NCBI GenBank assembly: GCA_040285855.1
Contig: JAUFOQ010000013.1
Location: 1,488,001 to 1,552,000 of the forward strand
Length of the DNA stretch: 64,000 bases
Reading direction: 5' to 3'
Source: Eukaryota sp. GEM-RC1
Taxonomy: Eukaryota
Positions 61,873-64,000 of the stretch are shown piece by piece. The translations under genes and the position numbers were made by a program. Position 1 is the first letter of the stretch. Each line of letters begins with the position of its first letter. The notes below the pieces were generated by a model. That model was not told the origin of the DNA. It saw only the letters and a list, made by a program, of their open reading frames with translations, and searched no databases.

Positions 61873-63233
61873 TTACACTTTTGTATTATCCAACTTCGTA
61901 AATCCAATTCTCCTGTCAATAGTACTACTTAATTGGGAAAATTCTTCAAAAGCTTCTGAATCTCCATGGAACACCCTTGTTAGAAGACCAGACAATCGTC
62001 GTGGAGAAGTGGGAAAAGGAAGAGGATTAAGAATATCAATAACAATGTTGGGAAATAGATCAATAATGATTGAGTGATAATCCTCTAAAGCAACGACTGT
62101 TCCTCCAATTACTTTTAAATTTGGAAAAATATTCAAATCCAGCAACTCATCTTCAATGTTACAATTAAGGTACAAACATCTAACCGAAGTCCAACATTCA
62201 CCAGAAATAGAAACTCCATTCCCAATCGTTAAAGTATTTAAATTAGGAAAATTTAAAATATTAGTGACAATAATCTCAGTGGTTGGATACAGGGTAAGTG
62301 ATTGCAGAGCAGGCAATAAAGGAATCCAGTCTAAATCTTCAGATTCGACACCATGTAAATTTAGATATTTCAAATTATTAAATATTGGAAATCCTTGTTC
62401 ATAGAGGGAGGCTGCAAAAGGGCACGGGTAGATATCCAATTGTTGGAGATTTTCCAAGGACGAAAAGCCTGTAATTTGTTCCAAGTCACCACTAATCTTC
62501 AGATATTTTAAATTTTGTAAATTATTCACATTAATTTCTCTTAATCGCCTAACATTAAAGAGAAAAAGAAAAACTCAACAAATTATTTTCAGAAAAATTC
62601 ACCCTAGGTTCTGATACATTGTCCAATTTAAGATCGACAGTAGATAAACTGGATAGAGATTTAACGTCCTGTGTAAACGTCATCAATGTCGTTCTGTCAC
62701 CAAAAATAGACTCTAGATTGCTTAAACGATGGATGAAGGAAACATTGGTCTTTTTTCTTCTTTAATCGTAGAGTTTTCACAGAAGGTAAGAGCTCAGTGA
62801 ACTCCACTTTAGAAGCAACTAGAGTAATGGAAGTTATGGAGGAAGGAAGTGATTGGAATGTAACATCAGAAGTAGAAGAGTCAATAACAAGGGAAGTACA
62901 AGAAGATGGAACTGACAAGTTTGGAATATAAGAAGGTGGTAGATCAGTGAGATGTACTTCTTGGATTATGGGAAATCCAGTCTCGAGGAGAGAAGGAACA
63001 GAAGAGGAACAACGGAGTGAAACATGGAAGAGGAGGAAGTGGTGAGAGGTAAGGTTATGTAACTCTTTATCTGTGACATTGATTGGGTTATTCTCGGAAA
63101 GGAATTGAAGAGTGGACCAAACGATACGATTTATTCGTTGGGAAATTTTAAGACAGGAGGTAATATCAGGAACAGAACGGTTTGAGCGGAAGTAGTGAAC
63201 AAACACCAGAGACAGTAAGGATTCTGGAATCAT
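61873..63233 (-). CDS. F-box-like / LRR protein; frameshifted
   Basis: N-terminal IPESLLSLVF..CLKISQR is F-box-like; LxxLxxLxI repeats in ORF 61873-62529. Confidence 0.55.
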
Positions 63234-64000
63234 CTTCAGTTGTAAAATGGGATGTGCAAAAATCGCTTTTCGTTACCTAAATTTCATCAAGTACAGTAGT
63301 AATGGACCTGATGCACAATTTCGTGCACTCTATAATATTCAAGAATATATAAATTCGCCATTGACGTTGTTTCTGTAGAACTATGTAAATGGAGACATTT
63401 TTTCATGATGTTACCTATTACATTTAGTTGTACATGTACAATGTAGTCTGTTTTCCGACGATTTTAAATCCAATTTTAAAATGATTTTGTTTTTGTTAAT
63501 GTTTTAATATGGTTTTTGACGCCCCTTTTTTACTTTACAATTTCTGGAACTACCAAATCATCAATTAGGGATCACTTGAAGTGGACAACCACTTGGATAT
63601 AACTGCATGTACAATCAATAAGACGTTAATCGCGATGTAAACCCATCCAGCAATATTCGAATTACATCATTGTGCTTCACGGATCTACATATTTGGCGGA
63701 AAACAAATTGCATAACTTGATTTCCGTATTGTTGAAGTTCCGGTGATCTCAATTTACGACTATTTAATGGAGCCAAAAACAAAACAAAGTTCTAAACGAC
63801 ACTGCCCCATAATTTCTTAAATTTCTCGAATAAGTCTCTTTTGAGAGCAATACAAGACCCAGGAAAAAATAAAATGAGACCTACATTAACAAATGTTCAG
63901 GACAATCTTACATAACCCATTCGAAATGTACAATTTCTAATATTTTTAATCAAATTAAATATCATTACTCTAATAGTTAATAGATCATCAAATGACTTAT

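Overview
AT-rich eukaryotic (protist) genomic DNA with short (29-33 nt) GT-AG introns, compact genes and many decayed transposons. Inference: an anaerobic, metamonad-like flagellate. Many genes are broken by single-base indels in homopolymer runs, most likely long-read assembly errors. Host genes: two protein-kinase fusions, POLE2/DPB2, a divergent histone H4, AFG2/SPATA5, tRNA-Trp(CCA), a penta-EF-hand protein, a beta-alpha fused NAD(P) transhydrogenase, a Frag1/DRAM-like protein, TTI1, three RI-like LRR paralogs, an F-box/LRR-like protein, a GHKL-ATPase/HEXXH protein and a 5-copy tandem array of a secreted Cys/Trp-rich protein. Mobile DNA: several non-autonomous hAT elements with 8-bp TSDs, a pogo/Tc1-like element, many 5'-truncated RLE-type non-LTR retrotransposon fragments and a gag zinc-knuckle remnant. 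The top hit is a Fanzor1-like (eukaryotic TnpB-type RNA-guided nuclease) gene at 48731-50676. It has an intact D-E-D RuvC triad and zinc finger, and is followed by a multi-hairpin candidate omegaRNA. Also notable is a tRNA-Trp(CCA) with a 4-bp anticodon stem, the feature linked to UGA readthrough in Blastocrithidia and Condylostoma.
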